Assembly (NCBI RefSeq): GCF_006345805.1
Contig: NC_043009.1
Span: 67,704,001 to 67,768,000, forward strand
DNA: 64,000 nucleotides
Source: Octopus sinensis
Lineage: Eukaryota
Direction: 5' to 3'
The position numbers and the translations under genes are program-made. The notes under the pieces were generated by a model that ran no database searches, was not told the DNA's origin, and was given only the letters and a program-made list of their open reading frames with translations. Below, piece after piece: positions 25,832-40,417 of the stretch (position 1 is the stretch's first letter; each line of letters begins with the position of its first letter).

Positions 25832-26328
25832 CAATAATAACATTAGGGAGTAAATCCAAACTTACAGGGAAAAATTAGATTTAGGATTAATTTTATAGTA
25901 TAAATTTATATTATATTAAATTAGAGATAAAACCACTATTAGGCAAATCAAACAATGAAAATCATAAGTCAATACATAGAAATAACTCTTTATCTTATAT
26001 TAAACTTTTAATACTTTTTGATAGTTATATAATTTTTAAAAAAATATATAAAAAAATAAATAAATAAGTAAATAAAATAAAATAATAATAATAAAATATA
26101 TATATTTATATTTATATATATATTTTTTAAATTAATGAGTTTAAATTATTAATTTAAATAATTTTTTAAATTTTAACTTTAATTAAAATATTTTAATTTG
26201 GAATTTTATATTTTATATTTTATATTTTTTATATATTTTTAAAATTAATTTTATTTCTATGTATTGGCTTATGATTTTCACTGTTTGATTTGCCTAATAG
26301 TGGTTTTATCTCTAATTTAATATAATAT
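25831..26328. mobile_element. Fold-back element in (TA)n, 78-bp inverted repeats 25908-25985 / 26251-26328
   Basis: TTAGAGATAAAACCACTATTAGGCAAATCAAAC... versus ...GTTTGATTTGCCTAATAGTGGTTTTATCTCTAA; spacer almost pure A/T. Confidence 0.75.
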
Positions 26329-26455
26329 ATATATATATCTATATATATAATATATATATATATACATACATACATACATACATACATACATACATACACA
26401 CATACATACATACACACATACATACATACATACATACATACATACATACATACAT

Positions 26456-26659
26456 AAGGCGGCGAGCTGGCAGAAACGTTAGCACGCCGGACGAAATGCT
26501 TAGTCGTATTTCGTCTGCTGTTACGTTCTGAGTTCAAATTCCGCCGAGATCGATTAAATAAGTGCCAGTTATGCACTAGGGCGATGTAATCGATTTAATA
26601 TGTTTGTCTGTCTTGTTCGTCCCCTCTGTGTTTAACCCTCTGTTGGCAATAAAGAAATA
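26456..26659 (+). mobile_element. SINE family A copy with internal deletion
   Basis: AAGGCGGCGAGCTGGCAGAAACGTTAGCACGCCGG...CCGCCGAG|ATCGATTAAATAAG...AAAGAAATA. Confidence 0.9.
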
Positions 26660-26662
26660 TAC

Positions 26663-26745
<83 letters not shown>

Positions 26746-26790
26746 GTACATACATATATGCGTAATATATATATATAATATATATGTAGA

Positions 26791-26858
<68 letters not shown>

Positions 26859-28079
26859 TATGTGTCTGCACGTGTAAGTGTACGTATGTATATATGTGCA
26901 ATCATGTATGCGTATATATGTGTGTGTATATTTCCGTGTATGTATATAGGAATACAACTTTTTATTAGGGTACGGAATAGCATATTGGTAACATTGATTA
27001 GATTTGTCGCAAGATTTAAAGCAATTGTCCCTTGGCTTATTTCTATAAAAGTACAGAAAATCTTCGAATTTTCCAAGAAAATGAAGCGAAATAAGTGAAA
27101 CAAAAGAATGGATATTTACCTTATTAGATTCAAGAATTTTTCAGCAAAAAACTATATATGGACGTGTGTATGTGTGTGTGTATGTGTGTGACGTAGTGCA
27201 GATCTGCCAAATTAAACGTTCGCCCCTGTAAGTGCCATGTTTTTAGGCACATATCATATCATAATCAAAATAAATTTCAAACGATGTATCGCCTCGGTTG
27301 ATGTGTCAATTCCTCGAGGGATGCATTTCCAGTAGAACTTAGTAACTCTTAGAAGTTCCTCAACCATTTTATCATCGCTTGCGCGCATTCATTCCATGGA
27401 TACGAAATTATTGACTTCATTTTTTGTTTCTTTTGTTTTGCTTTGCTGTTTTTTGCAACTCGGTTAATGTGCTTTTCTATGTTTGCCCATGCCCATGCGT
27501 GTCCGAGCCTATAGATCGAAGAAGCGTATAAGTTAGTATATCAAGAATAATTTCTTTTTTATTGATGCTTGATTGCATACCGAAGACGAACGTTTGTTAA
27601 GCAATTTGATATTCAGTCACTCATTTCTTTTGAACAGATCACTGAAAGTGAGCGTGGGTGATATATGAAATGCGTGTTGTTCAACAACATCGATATACTC
27701 AGAACCCGTTGGAAAGTAAGAACACACTTAATCGTGCTGAAAATGCACAGCAAACGCGAACACACCATCACGATTTTGGACGCAATCGCTCCACTTCACG
27801 CTCATGGTTTGTGAGTGTGTGTGCGTGTGTGTATATACGTGTGTGTGTGTGTGCGGTGTTGAAGGGGAATATACTTTTATATATTCATATACAAACATGA
27901 TCAGAGCGAAAGAATGGGAAGGAAAAGAAAAAAACATTAATTGTTACAACAATATTCATTGTCCTCTGAATATATTTTAAAAGAATTAATGCATATTATA
28001 ATATCTATGGATCAATGAATGCAGATAATGGCTGTCTGTACGATTGTGCATCTCTACATATGTGTATATACATATATAT

Positions 28080-28193
<114 letters not shown>

Positions 28194-31100
28194 CATGTAT
28201 TTGTGTATGCAAGAAATTTAGTGTGCCTGAATAGTTTCGCCTGTATATTCCTTATAATGTAACTGACAGGACAATCGATAAACAGTTATTCTCTTAGCGT
28301 AATCTCTGCGCGAACCTGGTTGCCATGGGGTTGGACGTTTGAATTAGAAGAACATTCAATCTGGCGGCTTTCCACACCTTTTAAACCTAACCAATTCCAG
28401 GTCGATTCAAGCTTGGAGGAACAAGATCAAACCCGGCTCTTTGTCAACTACTTCGTCACGCACCTATGTTTAATTAGCATTGCTCATTAGGAATGTATTA
28501 CGTCTTATGTTTACTTATTAAGTGTTTACTCAGCCAAATAGTGTCACCTGTCTTCTCCATCAAGGTCCTTTGTACGCATGCGCTTGTGAATATTTGTGAC
28601 TGTGCATCCATCTTGAACTAAAACCTTTTTCGATGTCCAAGCCATGCATCTAAAATAATGAAGGCAAAAATCTGTCTGTTCTTGTTTTTGTTCTTAATCC
28701 TCCTCGTATACGCGCGTATGTAGATATGTATGTATATATGTAAATGTATATATTCTATATGCGTGTGAGTTTTGTTTGTGTATGTCTTTATGTGTCTGCT
28801 TTCTGTTAGTTCCTAATGAGATATTCTTGTTGAGATTTAGCAAAATAAATCATGAAACCTAGAACTAACGCACCGTTTGCAATTAAGCACACTTCTGTTG
28901 CATTAAATATAATACAGATTCGCGATTAATATACATAATATACATCTATTTGGGTTTTTCTTATGTAAATATATTAATAGTATTTCTTGAAACAAGCAGT
29001 CATTTAGAAAATAATGACATTTGCGTTTATTTATGTGCTGCCTGATACGTCTATATCCATCTTTGCTTTGTTTTTCTCTTCTCTTTTGTCTGAATTTCTT
29101 TGTATATATATATATATATGTCTGTATGAGCAAGTAGCTTAATGTGTGTGTCCGTCGTTATTTTGATGTGTCTGCGTATTATGCATCTCTTTGTTTAGGA
29201 GTCTATGTAAGTCGGTATGTATTATTTTTGTTGTTGTTGTTTTTATGTTAGAGTATAATTTAAAGGAAACAATTTGGTTGCTATCTCTAGTAGTTCGAGT
29301 AACCTCATCGACGCAGTCTGATTGGTTGGCACCCATTTATTTGTTTCCGTTCTTAATTGGGGCTAGATGAACCCATCTCCTTTGAAATTATCGATTTTAA
29401 GCGCTAGATGCATACGTAAAACTGAAATTGGTCGTTGAAACATCAACAACAAGATCATCACAAATCTCGACTAGTTCAGCCTTTACAATCATAACACTTT
29501 AACCCTTCAATGATTTTATTATAACATACGAATGCTATGTTGCTAATTTTCGTAGTGTGTACGAATACAGTCGATTAAATCGCTTCCACTATTTCACTCG
29601 CACATAATCTATTGACCCAGAAAGGGTGAAATGTAAAGTCGACCCCCAATAGGATTTGGAAGTTGCCATAATGGGAAGCCTTAGCCCTAGTGTGTTCCAT
29701 AAGATTTATTTATGTAATAAATGAAGCCACTCTGATTGAATCTTATAACAAGATGTAGACAATAATTTCTTTTGATATTTAATCTGTGCTTCGATAAAAT
29801 TGAAATCTCTTGTGCTGTAGGTTCGCCATATTTTAGAATAAATAACTGAAATTAATAATATATAAATGACATTCGAATGAAAAACAATACTTAAGTAGTG
29901 TTAACTATTTGGCTATGCAAAATAGATGGGGTCTATCAAAACCGAAACATGTCGAAAATTGCGTTGTTGATGAAACGATTAACGTAGCATAAGTCAATAA
30001 AATAAAATGTCATTTCTTTTTCTTTTTCTCGCTGGTCTTTGCATCCACACGCTCGATGGAACAGCCATGGCCTGTTTAGCTTTTCTGCACACACTACATT
30101 ATATTAAACTGAGGATTTTTGTGGACCAATTCTTGTTCATGTAACGAAATATCTAAATATACTCTTGGCTGCCACTATCAATATCACCACATCAACTACT
30201 ACCAGCTTGAAGTCAGTCATTTATATATAATAAAAGCGATTCTTTTAGAATACAAGAGCTGTAGGTTAAATCAGAGAAAGTCACAAAAAAGCACAATTTC
30301 ATCAAAACACTTGCCAAGAATAGTGTTTTGAATGTCAGAAGTTATAACGATATAATTAAAATTTAATTTAGTTGATTTCTATTAAATTTTCCGATAAATA
30401 ATGCTGTTGTAGATTTCCCTCTGGATTTTTTTTATTCACCAAAAATAAGAGCAATGCAATTTACATTATACACCGGAGAAGCATAAACTGATAAAATTTC
30501 AATTATCATCATTATTATTATTGTTGTTGTTGTTGTTTTTATGTGGTTTATCGCCGAGGCTAAACGTGCTTCGGAAGGGTCGTCAGTGTATGTTTTGGTT
30601 TCCTTTTGGCTTCATTTTATTGTTCTTTTCTTGAACTAAACGTCAAAATATTAAAAGGAAGAAAATCTTTCAAAGAAAAGAAAAAACTTCAAAATAGCCT
30701 CGTTTTTGCCGACCAACTAGCGAGAGAGGAAGTAGAAGGAGGTTTTGAAGGGGAAACTATCTATCGGACTTACCTACACCCACTCAGTACTTCAACGGTA
30801 ATAGAAATTAAAATAGTGGGACCAAACGATAGCAACATACCAGCAAATGATAGCAACGACAGTAAGAACAAGATCAATGTGATGTCATGCAAAGAAGTTT
30901 GCAAAATCACCAGTAGCAGAAAATGAAGCTCCAGCTTCATTATTGAAACAAACTGTATCCACAAAAGCAAAACCATCATTATCCTAATAAGAAGCAATAA
31001 CGACAGTGATAACGATGATACTAACAACAACAGCTGCTGTGACAACAACAAAAGATCTTTTGCCAAGATCACAAACGTTTTCGATCTCATCTCATTAGGC

Positions 31101-31989
31101 AAGAAGTATAAATATTTGGCAGAGGTGGAGAAACACATCAGCAAATTAGAACGGAGAAAAGTTATGCACAATATCCCACAACACCTTTTCCCTCAAACAG
31201 AAAGAATAACAATTTTATAGAGATGCTTAACGACGAAAAGATACAAATTAGAGCGTATACCTTCAGAGCAAGCTGAACAATGTTTAAGAAACATTTAACC
31301 AAACTTTACGACGTTTCATGGAGGAAAAGCTGGAGAGTTGTGGAGGACCCTAAACTGTCTGTGTTTTGCATAAATAGCATCGCTTTTAATATCTGTATTT
31401 ATATGTTCATTCAGTTATTAGATGCCAGGCTGTATGGCTAAGAAGCTCGCTATACACACACACACATACACACACACAGAAATCCACACACAAATTCACA
31501 CACACACACACACATATACAAATATATATATATAAAGTATGGAAGTTTAGTTCACAAGTGATCTAAACGAATATGCACACTAGGTAAGTGCTGTAAGGGA
31601 TTACTAGGGCTCCAAGATTGTAGCCGAGACGGTAGTTATGGCGCCATTGCAAATTTCCGATGTAGCGGAAATTAAATTGTTAATGAGGACAACAAACGTT
31701 AACGCAAAGCAAACATCTCAAGTCATATGCATTATTATTGGAAAAAATTCAGTCTTACAGCTGTTTCTGGGATATCCCAGAATGTGGGATATTCCGTCAT
31801 CAGATGCAAATAGGGAAAATGAGAAGGGTATAGATTAAGGAAATGATGACATGGAGGACAGAAGTAAAGGAATAAGGAGATGAAGAGAAGAAAAAAGACA
31901 CATAAAAGTTCACACTTCAACTGTGTGTACGTATATATAACTTTGTTCTCTTTTCTCCTCAGAGTTTGAAATACTTTTGAATTATTTTC

Positions 31990-32220
31990 AACCGTTGTGG
32001 ATTCGGGTTCAGTTACTCAGCGCAACACCTTGGGTAACTGTCTTCTATTATAGCTTTGGGCCAACAAATGCCTCGTGAGTGAATCTGGTGGACAGAAACT
32101 GTGCGGACAGTAGTTCGGTAAGAATTATAGAATAACTACCAGGATTGAAAAACAAACACAAGAAGTAAGGTTGCTTTGCTCCATTAAGGCCCTCCAAGGC
32201 GGTGCTCCAGTATGGCTACT
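31990..32220 (+). mobile_element. Degenerate SINE family B
   Basis: CGGGTTCAGT...CACCTTGGG..ACTGTCTTCTATTATAGC...GGCGGTGCTCCAGTATGGC. Confidence 0.6.
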
Positions 32221-33187
32221 ATGGTGACTGCAGTAATGACCGCAACAGTGAGCATCATCTTCGCAAATCCCTATGGACTGATCTAAAGTGCTAGTCAGAG
32301 GATTTGGAACAACCCAATAATCGAATCATCATGTTGAAGCCTCCCATCAGAGATTAATTATCTGGCCACATTCAGCAACCGAAATATATTTATCTCTGAG
32401 TGTTTTTCTTCGGAGAGTTTTTCAATCTTTCTTTGCAGATTTCTACATTTCTGTTGGCAAAGCTACATCAATAATTTTACGAGCTCTGAATATCTTATCT
32501 TATATAATAACACCGAAGAGGTTTGTTTCTCTCTTCTTATCTATATGTATTTGTTTATCTCAGAGAATTACATGATTTCCATTCTCTATGGCTGTTGTTG
32601 TACTCTTTTTGTAGTTATTTTATTTTATTTTATATCCTTTTTGGCGGAGGGGAGTTTATTATTTTTTTTTCTCTAAATTATTCCCATATTTTTTTCCCTG
32701 CAATCAGATAGGTTTTACTCTCGTGGGTCCGGATGTATTCCGAAGAAAGCAAACTGGCGCATCCAGCCATCAGTGACCGATAGCTTTGGTCTGGAACAGT
32801 AACTCTGCTCCCACTTCCAGTTAATAGCTTTTGACCGCTTATAACACTGTTGTTTGTCAAAATCAGATTTATTCAGCCATGATGGAAATTATCTGTGGAG
32901 GAGATTTATCGTAATCTTCCAGTTTCAAGTGGCAGATATTAATCCCACGAGGATTATCGTTACTTTCTGTAAAATTTAAATCTATACTTAAAGATGCAAC
33001 AGCCATGTTGTACTGAATTGATGATAGTGAATCTCCATGGAATATTCTCCTCCTCCTCCTCCTCCTCCTCCTTCTCCTCCTCCTTCTTCTTCTTCTTCTT
33101 CTTCTTCTTCCTGTTCATGTTATCATTGTTGCTGTTGTTCTTGTTACTGTAGTTCCGGTTATTCTTTATATTATATTTATCAATCCG

Positions 33188-33746
33188 AAGGTGAGCTGGA
33201 CGAAATGCTTAGCGGTATTTTGCCCGTCGCTTCGTTCTGAGTTCAAATTCCGCCGAGGTCGACTTTGCTTTTCACCCTTTCGTGGTCGATAAATTAAGTA
33301 CCAATGAAACACTGTGATCTATGTCATCGACTATTCCCCTCCCCACAAATTTCAGGCCTTGTGCCTTTAGTAAAAAGGATATTTATCAATAAGGCGGCGA
33401 GCTGGCAGAATCGTTAGCACGCTGGACGAAATGCTTGGCAGCATTTCACCCGTCGCTCCGTTCTGAGATCAAATTCCGCCATGGTCGACTTTGCCTTTCA
33501 TCATTTATTGGTCGATAAAATAAGTACCAATTGAACATTAGGGTCGATATAATAGACTCATCCCCTCCCCAGAAATTTCAGGCTCTGTGGCAAAATTTGA
33601 AACCATTATTATATTAATGAATATGGCAGCGAGCTGGTAGAATCGTTAGCATGGTGGATAAAATGTTTATCAATATTTCTTCCAGCTCTTTACTTTCTGG
33701 GTTCAAACTCCGCCGAAGTCGACATTGCTTTTCATCTTTTCGGGGG
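33188..33746 (+). mobile_element. Tandem trio of SINE family A copies
   Basis: Heads near 33188, 33391 and 33624, each with TCAAA.TCCGCC...GTCGAC.TTGC.TTTCA. Confidence 0.88.
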
Positions 33747-33765
33747 AAAGGCTTTGCGGTACTTA

Positions 33766-34905
33766 CGGGGTGGTATCAAAACGTTCCGGACTAGTTCTGT
33801 ATCGTTCCAGCAGATGGCTGTACATAGTTGCGTGTGTAGTGAGAGCTAGCAGTGACCTTCATGAAGCAGTGTGCCGAGTGACATCACTGTCTTTACTTCG
33901 TAACTTGTGAAATTTGTGTTTTTGTGATCACGTGTATGCTATAGTCTGCGATTTTGTCGTAGACAGGAAGTCGGAGCAGAGAGCCAACGTGAAATTTTCC
34001 GATAAACTCGGGAAGTCTGCTACAGAGTCATTGAACATGCTTCGGCAAGCTTACGGCGACGGGGCAATGGGCTGTACGCGATGTTTCGAGTAACAAGGGC
34101 GCTTCCAAAGAGGAAGAACGTGGGTGGAAGACGATGATTGATCTGGAAGACCTGCACGAGGGTCATCCCCGGAAATGTGGAATTGTGCATCGAGAATTTG
34201 TCCCCACCCCGCAGGGCCAGATCGTCAATCGGAAATTCTACTGCGACGTTTTGAAGTATTCCATGGAGGACACTTGGTGAGGACACTTGGTGAGATCTGT
34301 GGAGCGCGAACAACTGGATTCTTCACGACGACAATGCACCCTGTCACCTAATTCTCCTCACTCGCGAGTTTCTCTCCAAAAGGAACATGGTATCGCTTCG
34401 GTACCTGGACTATTCGCCAGATTTAACACCTAAAGACTTCCATCTCTTCTCCCAGAGGAAAAGCTTAAAGGTCGTCGTTTTAAGACCGTTGTCAAGATCA
34501 AGAGCAAATCGCAGAAGGTCCTCGATTCACTTACGGAAAACGACTTCCAGACTCGATTCCAAAAGTGGCAGGAATGCTGGGACCGGTGGATTGCTGCGCA
34601 AGGAGACTATGTCGAAGGAGATGATGCTAAAACTTAAGTAAATAAGTTATTTTTTATTAAACATAACTTTGTATCGCACGTTCGACCGACGATAAAATGG
34701 AATAATAATAACTTCTCGCAAATCGTTCTACTCAAGATCCTGGTAATAACCCTCGACAATACGCAACTCCCGGCTTTACTCTGCGCTGAAGGCTCTCTGC
34801 GTGTTTCCACTTATATTGTGGCACAGTCCATTAAGAGCCAACCAATAGGGGTGTTCTACTTCCACACAACACATAACTAGTCCTGGAACTTTTTGATACC
34901 ACCCG
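33766..34905 (+). mobile_element. Internally deleted mariner transposon with TIRs and TA TSD
   Basis: TA|CGGGGTGGTATCAAAACGTTCCGGACTAG...CTAGTCCTGGAACTTTTTGATACCACCCG|TA; remnants EQRANVKF..KLGKSATE, WILHDDNAPCH, DYSPDLTPKDFHLF, WDRWIAAQGDYVEGD. Confidence 0.9.
34669..34870. mobile_element. About 200-bp secondary insertion in the mariner 3' end
   Basis: Flanked by duplicated ACATAACT (34661-34668 and 34871-34878); TGT...ACA-like ends. Confidence 0.55.
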
Positions 34906-34974
34906 TAGTTTAAGCTGTTTACTTTTTGAGTGCAAATCCCACTGAGATATGTTATGTGTGTACATGGGTGTGTG

Positions 34975-35017
<43 letters not shown>

Positions 35018-35251
35018 GTGTGTATGTATGTATGTATATATATATATATATATATATACGTGTGTATGTATGTATTTCATGTTTCGCTGAGAAGCTATGC
35101 ATTGTAGCAGAATCTTTGACTCGAGTCAAATCTAACAAACTTCTAAAAATTGTGGTTAGAGTATCCGCTTAGTGGAGTCTGGATGGGCATTGAATCGCGT
35201 AAGTTGTAGTAATTAATTCACACCAAATAGTTATATTTGAAAGCATGTGTA

Positions 35252-35287
<36 letters not shown>

Positions 35288-37713
35288 CGACAGAGGCAGT
35301 ACTAATACCAAAAGGTAATGTTTATCCCCACTCAAAAGTGGATGTTGTGTTGGAACACAAAATACTGCGTTATTTAGCATGAGAGAATATCTGAAATGGA
35401 CTTGTGGTGCATACAAGCACTCATGTTTATATCGCTAGCGGGAGACAAATCTCTGCCATCACCAGCTCATGTGATTTCGGCCTTCGCTGGCTTTGTCAAT
35501 GATAGGTGCTCGGCCGTTGGGAGATAGCAGCGACATCTCGCTCGCCATATACATAGAAGCACAGTTTCTAATCAGGCACTGGTGTTGTGAGTAGCCTTTG
35601 GGTTTGGGGATAAATATCACCCCCATATATATATATATAAATTAACTTTTACCATCACCATTATCGTTAATGCCAACAGAACCAGCAGCATCAACATGAA
35701 AACCAAATCAAACCTCATCATTACTAACCCAGCAACTTTTAATAACCAACTGCAACATCAACAGTTTTATGAATAAGATAAACAAGTCCATCTGAAACAA
35801 AAAAACAATTATATGAGATAATTAATTTGGTGCTTCACTGTATTTTAAATGTTGAATGAAGTGTGCGTTTGATGTTTGTGTCAACGGAGATTGAATTGGA
35901 ACTAAACAGCAGCGATAATACAATTAACAAGAACAATATGATCACCGCCAGTTCCTCACCATCACAACTGCATTCCCACCAGCATTTACGTAATCAACAA
36001 TAAAAGTTTCAGCATGATACAGATGTCTGTTGCTACTTATGTGAGCAGTAGAGTGTGAGTTTCCCGGGCTTAAGTCAGCGGTGTAAGGGTCAAAGTACCC
36101 AGAAACCTGATAAACCTGAAACTAACCCTAATCAAACAGTATTCCCTCCCATCTCACTCCTTCACTTTTTCTCTTCTTGTTTTTATTCTTACATTCATAG
36201 AAATAAGACAAAATATTTGGCGCTCACAAAGCACTTCTTTCCTGGTGCTACATTTTTTTTTTGTTTTTGTAATACATATTCATGGCGGTGAATTGTTGAT
36301 CGCCAACGCGTTGGAATTACCGGCAAATCAAGATATCTGGAAAGAAGCCATCAAATGGAAATGAAGGTAGGGGTAAGAAAAGGAACCGTAAAAGTATTAT
36401 ACAGGGTATTGAACTTGATGTTTTAAAAGACTTGATGAAGAAGAAATATATTCAATCATATTTTGTAGGAAGGAAGTAATCAACTTAAACGACCTCAGTA
36501 ATTAACTGGTACTTATGATATCTATCGCCATGAACACAAAAAGCAAATTTCATTTCGTTGAGGTATGAATGCAGAACGTTATTAGCGCCTACCTTTTCAT
36601 TCGTTGCTCTACCGGTTCTGTTAGGCGTAGCTTTACTATGAGAACTAATAGAGATTCTGCCTTGTCAACGCAATGAATTCTGTCTACAAACTCGTGCCAA
36701 TATTCTCACCATCGTCACTGCCAATATCAACATGAGCATCATATTGACTATTAACTCTTCTACGGCCACCATCAACACAGCCTGCTACAGGTAATAAAGT
36801 TATTAACAAAGAAAGCAACTCAGCTCCCATACACAATAACATTACCATTAATATTATCATAATTCTCCAAAGCCTAATAACCATAATCTTCACCTTTATC
36901 GTAAACCGTTTTTCTTGACAGCCGAACAAATGACTTGAACAATAAAATAATATATTAATGGCAAAACGAATTCCCGCACGTAAATAATGTAATTCGGAGA
37001 GAGCGTCGCCGTCCGTTTGACAATTATCTACCTCGACAGTGTTGAATGTGTTTCACATTGAGATATGTGTTTGGCAATGGCTTCTACGACAAGAGGCAAT
37101 AAATATACGTGTCATAAACACTAGGAAAGGTAATCAACGTTGGAAAGCAAGCGTGAGTCATGCAACAATGTTTGCCGAATATTAATATGAAACAAAAACG
37201 AATTTGTAAAGAGAAATTGCACCACTGTATCTTGATTATCCAACGTTTAAACGGTTCGCATGTACAGAATCACCAACTGAATTATGCATCAATGATTCAC
37301 AATCAACACCCATATTCACAGAAAAATAATACAATACCCATATTTACAGAAGATGCACAATTAAATGTATACATTGCTGTTGATATATTACATTATATGA
37401 AATAATATAACAAGATGTCCAACAACGTATAGAGACAATGTTACTTTTGTTTATACATAAATGGTATTATTAAGCAGTGAAACCCATTCGTGATAGAATA
37501 TTTTTCAGTGGGTAACAATTATCAAAGTCATTGAGAGTCAATCTGCCATTAAATTCGTGCAAATGTATTGAGCCAGTTTGGTGTCTGTTTTTGTGTGAAA
37601 TACCAAACTGCTATATCGTAAACGCTGTGCTGTACCCAGAGAGTCACACTTAATGTTTCACGGTTGCTGTGACAGGCGATTTTCTAATTTGTACCATTTA
37701 GATCAACAATATT

Positions 37714-37876
37714 AGGCGCAGGAGTGGCTGTGTGGTAAGTAACTTGCTTACCGACCACATGGTTCCGGGTTCAGTCCCACTGCGTGGCACCTTGGGCAAG
37801 TGTCTTCTACTATAGCCTCGAGCCGACCAAAGCCTTGTAAGTGTATTTGGTAGACAGAAACTGAAAGAAGCCTGTC

Positions 37877-37880
<4 letters not shown>
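37714..37880 (+). mobile_element. SINE family B head (young)
   Basis: GGCGCAGGAGTGGCTGTGTGGTAAG...GGTTCCGGGTTCAGTCCCACTGCGTGGCACCTTGGGCAAGTGTC...GAAAGAAGCCTGTCG, then (TA)n. Confidence 0.88.
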
Positions 37881-37957
<77 letters not shown>

Positions 37958-39052
37958 GTGTGTATATGTTCGTGGCTAATATTTACTTTAATCGTCCGGA
38001 TTAGACAAACAGTACCAGTAGAGTGCTATACAAAATGATTTGCCATTCTAAGAACCACTCCTTTCAGTTCCGAAGGATGTACAATAAGAACTGTAAATTC
38101 TTCTTAAGATCAGGAATTCAGTAATCAGTTTTAATGTAGAAACACCGCCTAAATCTATCCTGCTTTTGTGCTTTTTTTTTTCAAATAACTTTATTACGAT
38201 TTTTGACAGAACAACTGTTTCACCAGTTTTCGTCTAAAATATATTAAATGAAAGGTGAGTATTCTTCAGAGTAAACTGTAACGAAGACAATTTTGAGTTA
38301 CACAGAGTATTTCTTAGTGACTGTGGTTCGTCGTAATTATCCCAAAGTGAATTATGTCACTGAAAAACAAAAGTAATTGATATACCAGGATCACAGGGCA
38401 GTATTAATAACACCAAGAAACGTTAATCTGTTGATCATTAACACATCATTATACTGATTCTACTAATGGGAAACGGAGCTTGTACTGTGTCGATTTGTTT
38501 GATTCCGGTGAAGAGTTGACAGCTTAATAGATTTGTGCTTCTGCTCGTCAACGGAGAGTAAAGCAAACTGCGGCTGTTCAGTGCATATACGCACATACAG
38601 GCAGAGCCGCATTCTCGGGCGTAACTTTGTATTAATCATTTAGAGAGATTTTCAGAGAGATAAGACTCCATAAAATTAACTTTTACTTAGCAACGTTGTA
38701 AGCAAACGCAGACACCTACATATATCACGCACACACACACACAAACGTGAATGTGAATGTACACAATATAAATGTATCACAATTTTAAATACTCTTAATC
38801 AGCAATCAGTAATTATATGCTAATATTAATTTGTCCGATGTACATATCAAAATTAATTAAACAGCTTAATGTTCAACATGTCTATGAGTGTCTTTCGATA
38901 TTTCATAAAGATGATATAGGGAACTACAATCTTATTTCATATATATATATATATATATAAAATATAATATAATATATATATATTCATGCATATACATATA
39001 CATACATGTATTTACAGATACATATGCATACATACATAATATATATATATAT

Positions 39053-39108
<56 letters not shown>

Positions 39109-39139
39109 GTAGATAGATAGATATATAGATAGATTGATT

Positions 39140-39231
<92 letters not shown>

Positions 39232-39339
39232 TTTGTCTATATACATATATTTGTATATGTGTATGTTGTATATGTTTGTGTGTATGAGTGTGTGTATGAA
39301 TGTGTACGTGTGTTGTGTGTGTGTGTTTGCGCGTGTGTG

Positions 39340-39515
39340 CTTTTGTGTCTGTATTTGTCTCCCCAACCGCCACAATAACTTAGCGGCTTGGCAAAACAGG
39401 TCAATAGAATAGGTGCCGGACTTTAAAATACATATAGATGTCGATCTTTTTGACTAAAGCCGTGGAAGGCGAGTCTCAGCAACGTCGCAGGTCAATGGAT
39501 GAAACAAGGAAAAGG
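39340..39515 (+). mobile_element. Degenerate SINE family B tail
   Basis: AACTTAGCGG..TGGCAAAA...ATAGAATA...GTCGATCTTTT.GACTAAAG...GAAACAAG. Confidence 0.6.
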
Positions 39516-40321
39516 AAGCATTATAATATTACAAACGCTGGATATTTTATGATTAACACAAACTTTCAGGAAGCACCATATTCTTTTGACGGACAAGTCG
39601 ACATAGAATATTGTGCAAACATGTAGTGTAAACGCTCAGGCATCGTCACTATCTTTCCATATCCTGCTGCATTTCACATGGAATATTTTCCGGTCCTCCA
39701 AAGTTGTCTCGGTGTATAAGTCGACCTACTTTTCGTAAATGTGGGTCTGAAAAATTCGACTTGTATGTCGTAGTATACAGTGTAATGTTTTCACTTAAAG
39801 AGCCCCCTCCTTGCAATTCTTTTGATGCGTTATCGGATTTCTTTTAAGTACCGTATTTGATCCTTTATTTGAGCAAAAAGCAAGAGGCAACCAGTGACTT
39901 AAAATGAGAATGCGATATTAACGCCTAACATTAATTCTTTGGGTACTCAAAGTGAAATGAGAACCGTTGGATAACCTTTAAGCTACAGAATTTGTCTCTT
40001 TCAATGACACAGTTAAAACTTATATTAAATTTAATTAAATGAATTAATTTAAATGAATTGCTTTAATCAACACCTTGGCTTTCTGATCATGCCACTATAT
40101 TTTTTATTCAAATAAGCAGAAATACGATTTTTTTTAAAAATGAAAATGTTATTGTAATAAACATTATCACGAATCTGTGAAGCATTTCATTCTAATTGCT
40201 GTCGCCTGCGCTTAATCTACTGGGAACCGAGCTTTCATACAATAAAATAAGACCATAATAAAATATCGGTATCAACCATTAAATTAGAGTAGGGAAAATT
40301 ATATACAAATATAAATATATG

Positions 40322-40417
<96 letters not shown>

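Noticed and set aside
28300-28590. Possible promoter (partial RFX X-box GTTGCCATGG, NRF1-like CGCATGCGC)
   Set aside because: Short motifs expected by chance, with no linked exon or transcript evidence.
30606-31220. Long, nearly open plus-strand frame with one internal stop
   Set aside because: Low complexity (decayed AAC/GAT repeats), no recognisable domain or splice support.
39705-39781. Tc2/pogo-like MITE end (GTATAAGTCGAC...TCGACTTGTAT...TATACAGTG)
   Set aside because: Too short and degenerate; no matching opposite terminus found.
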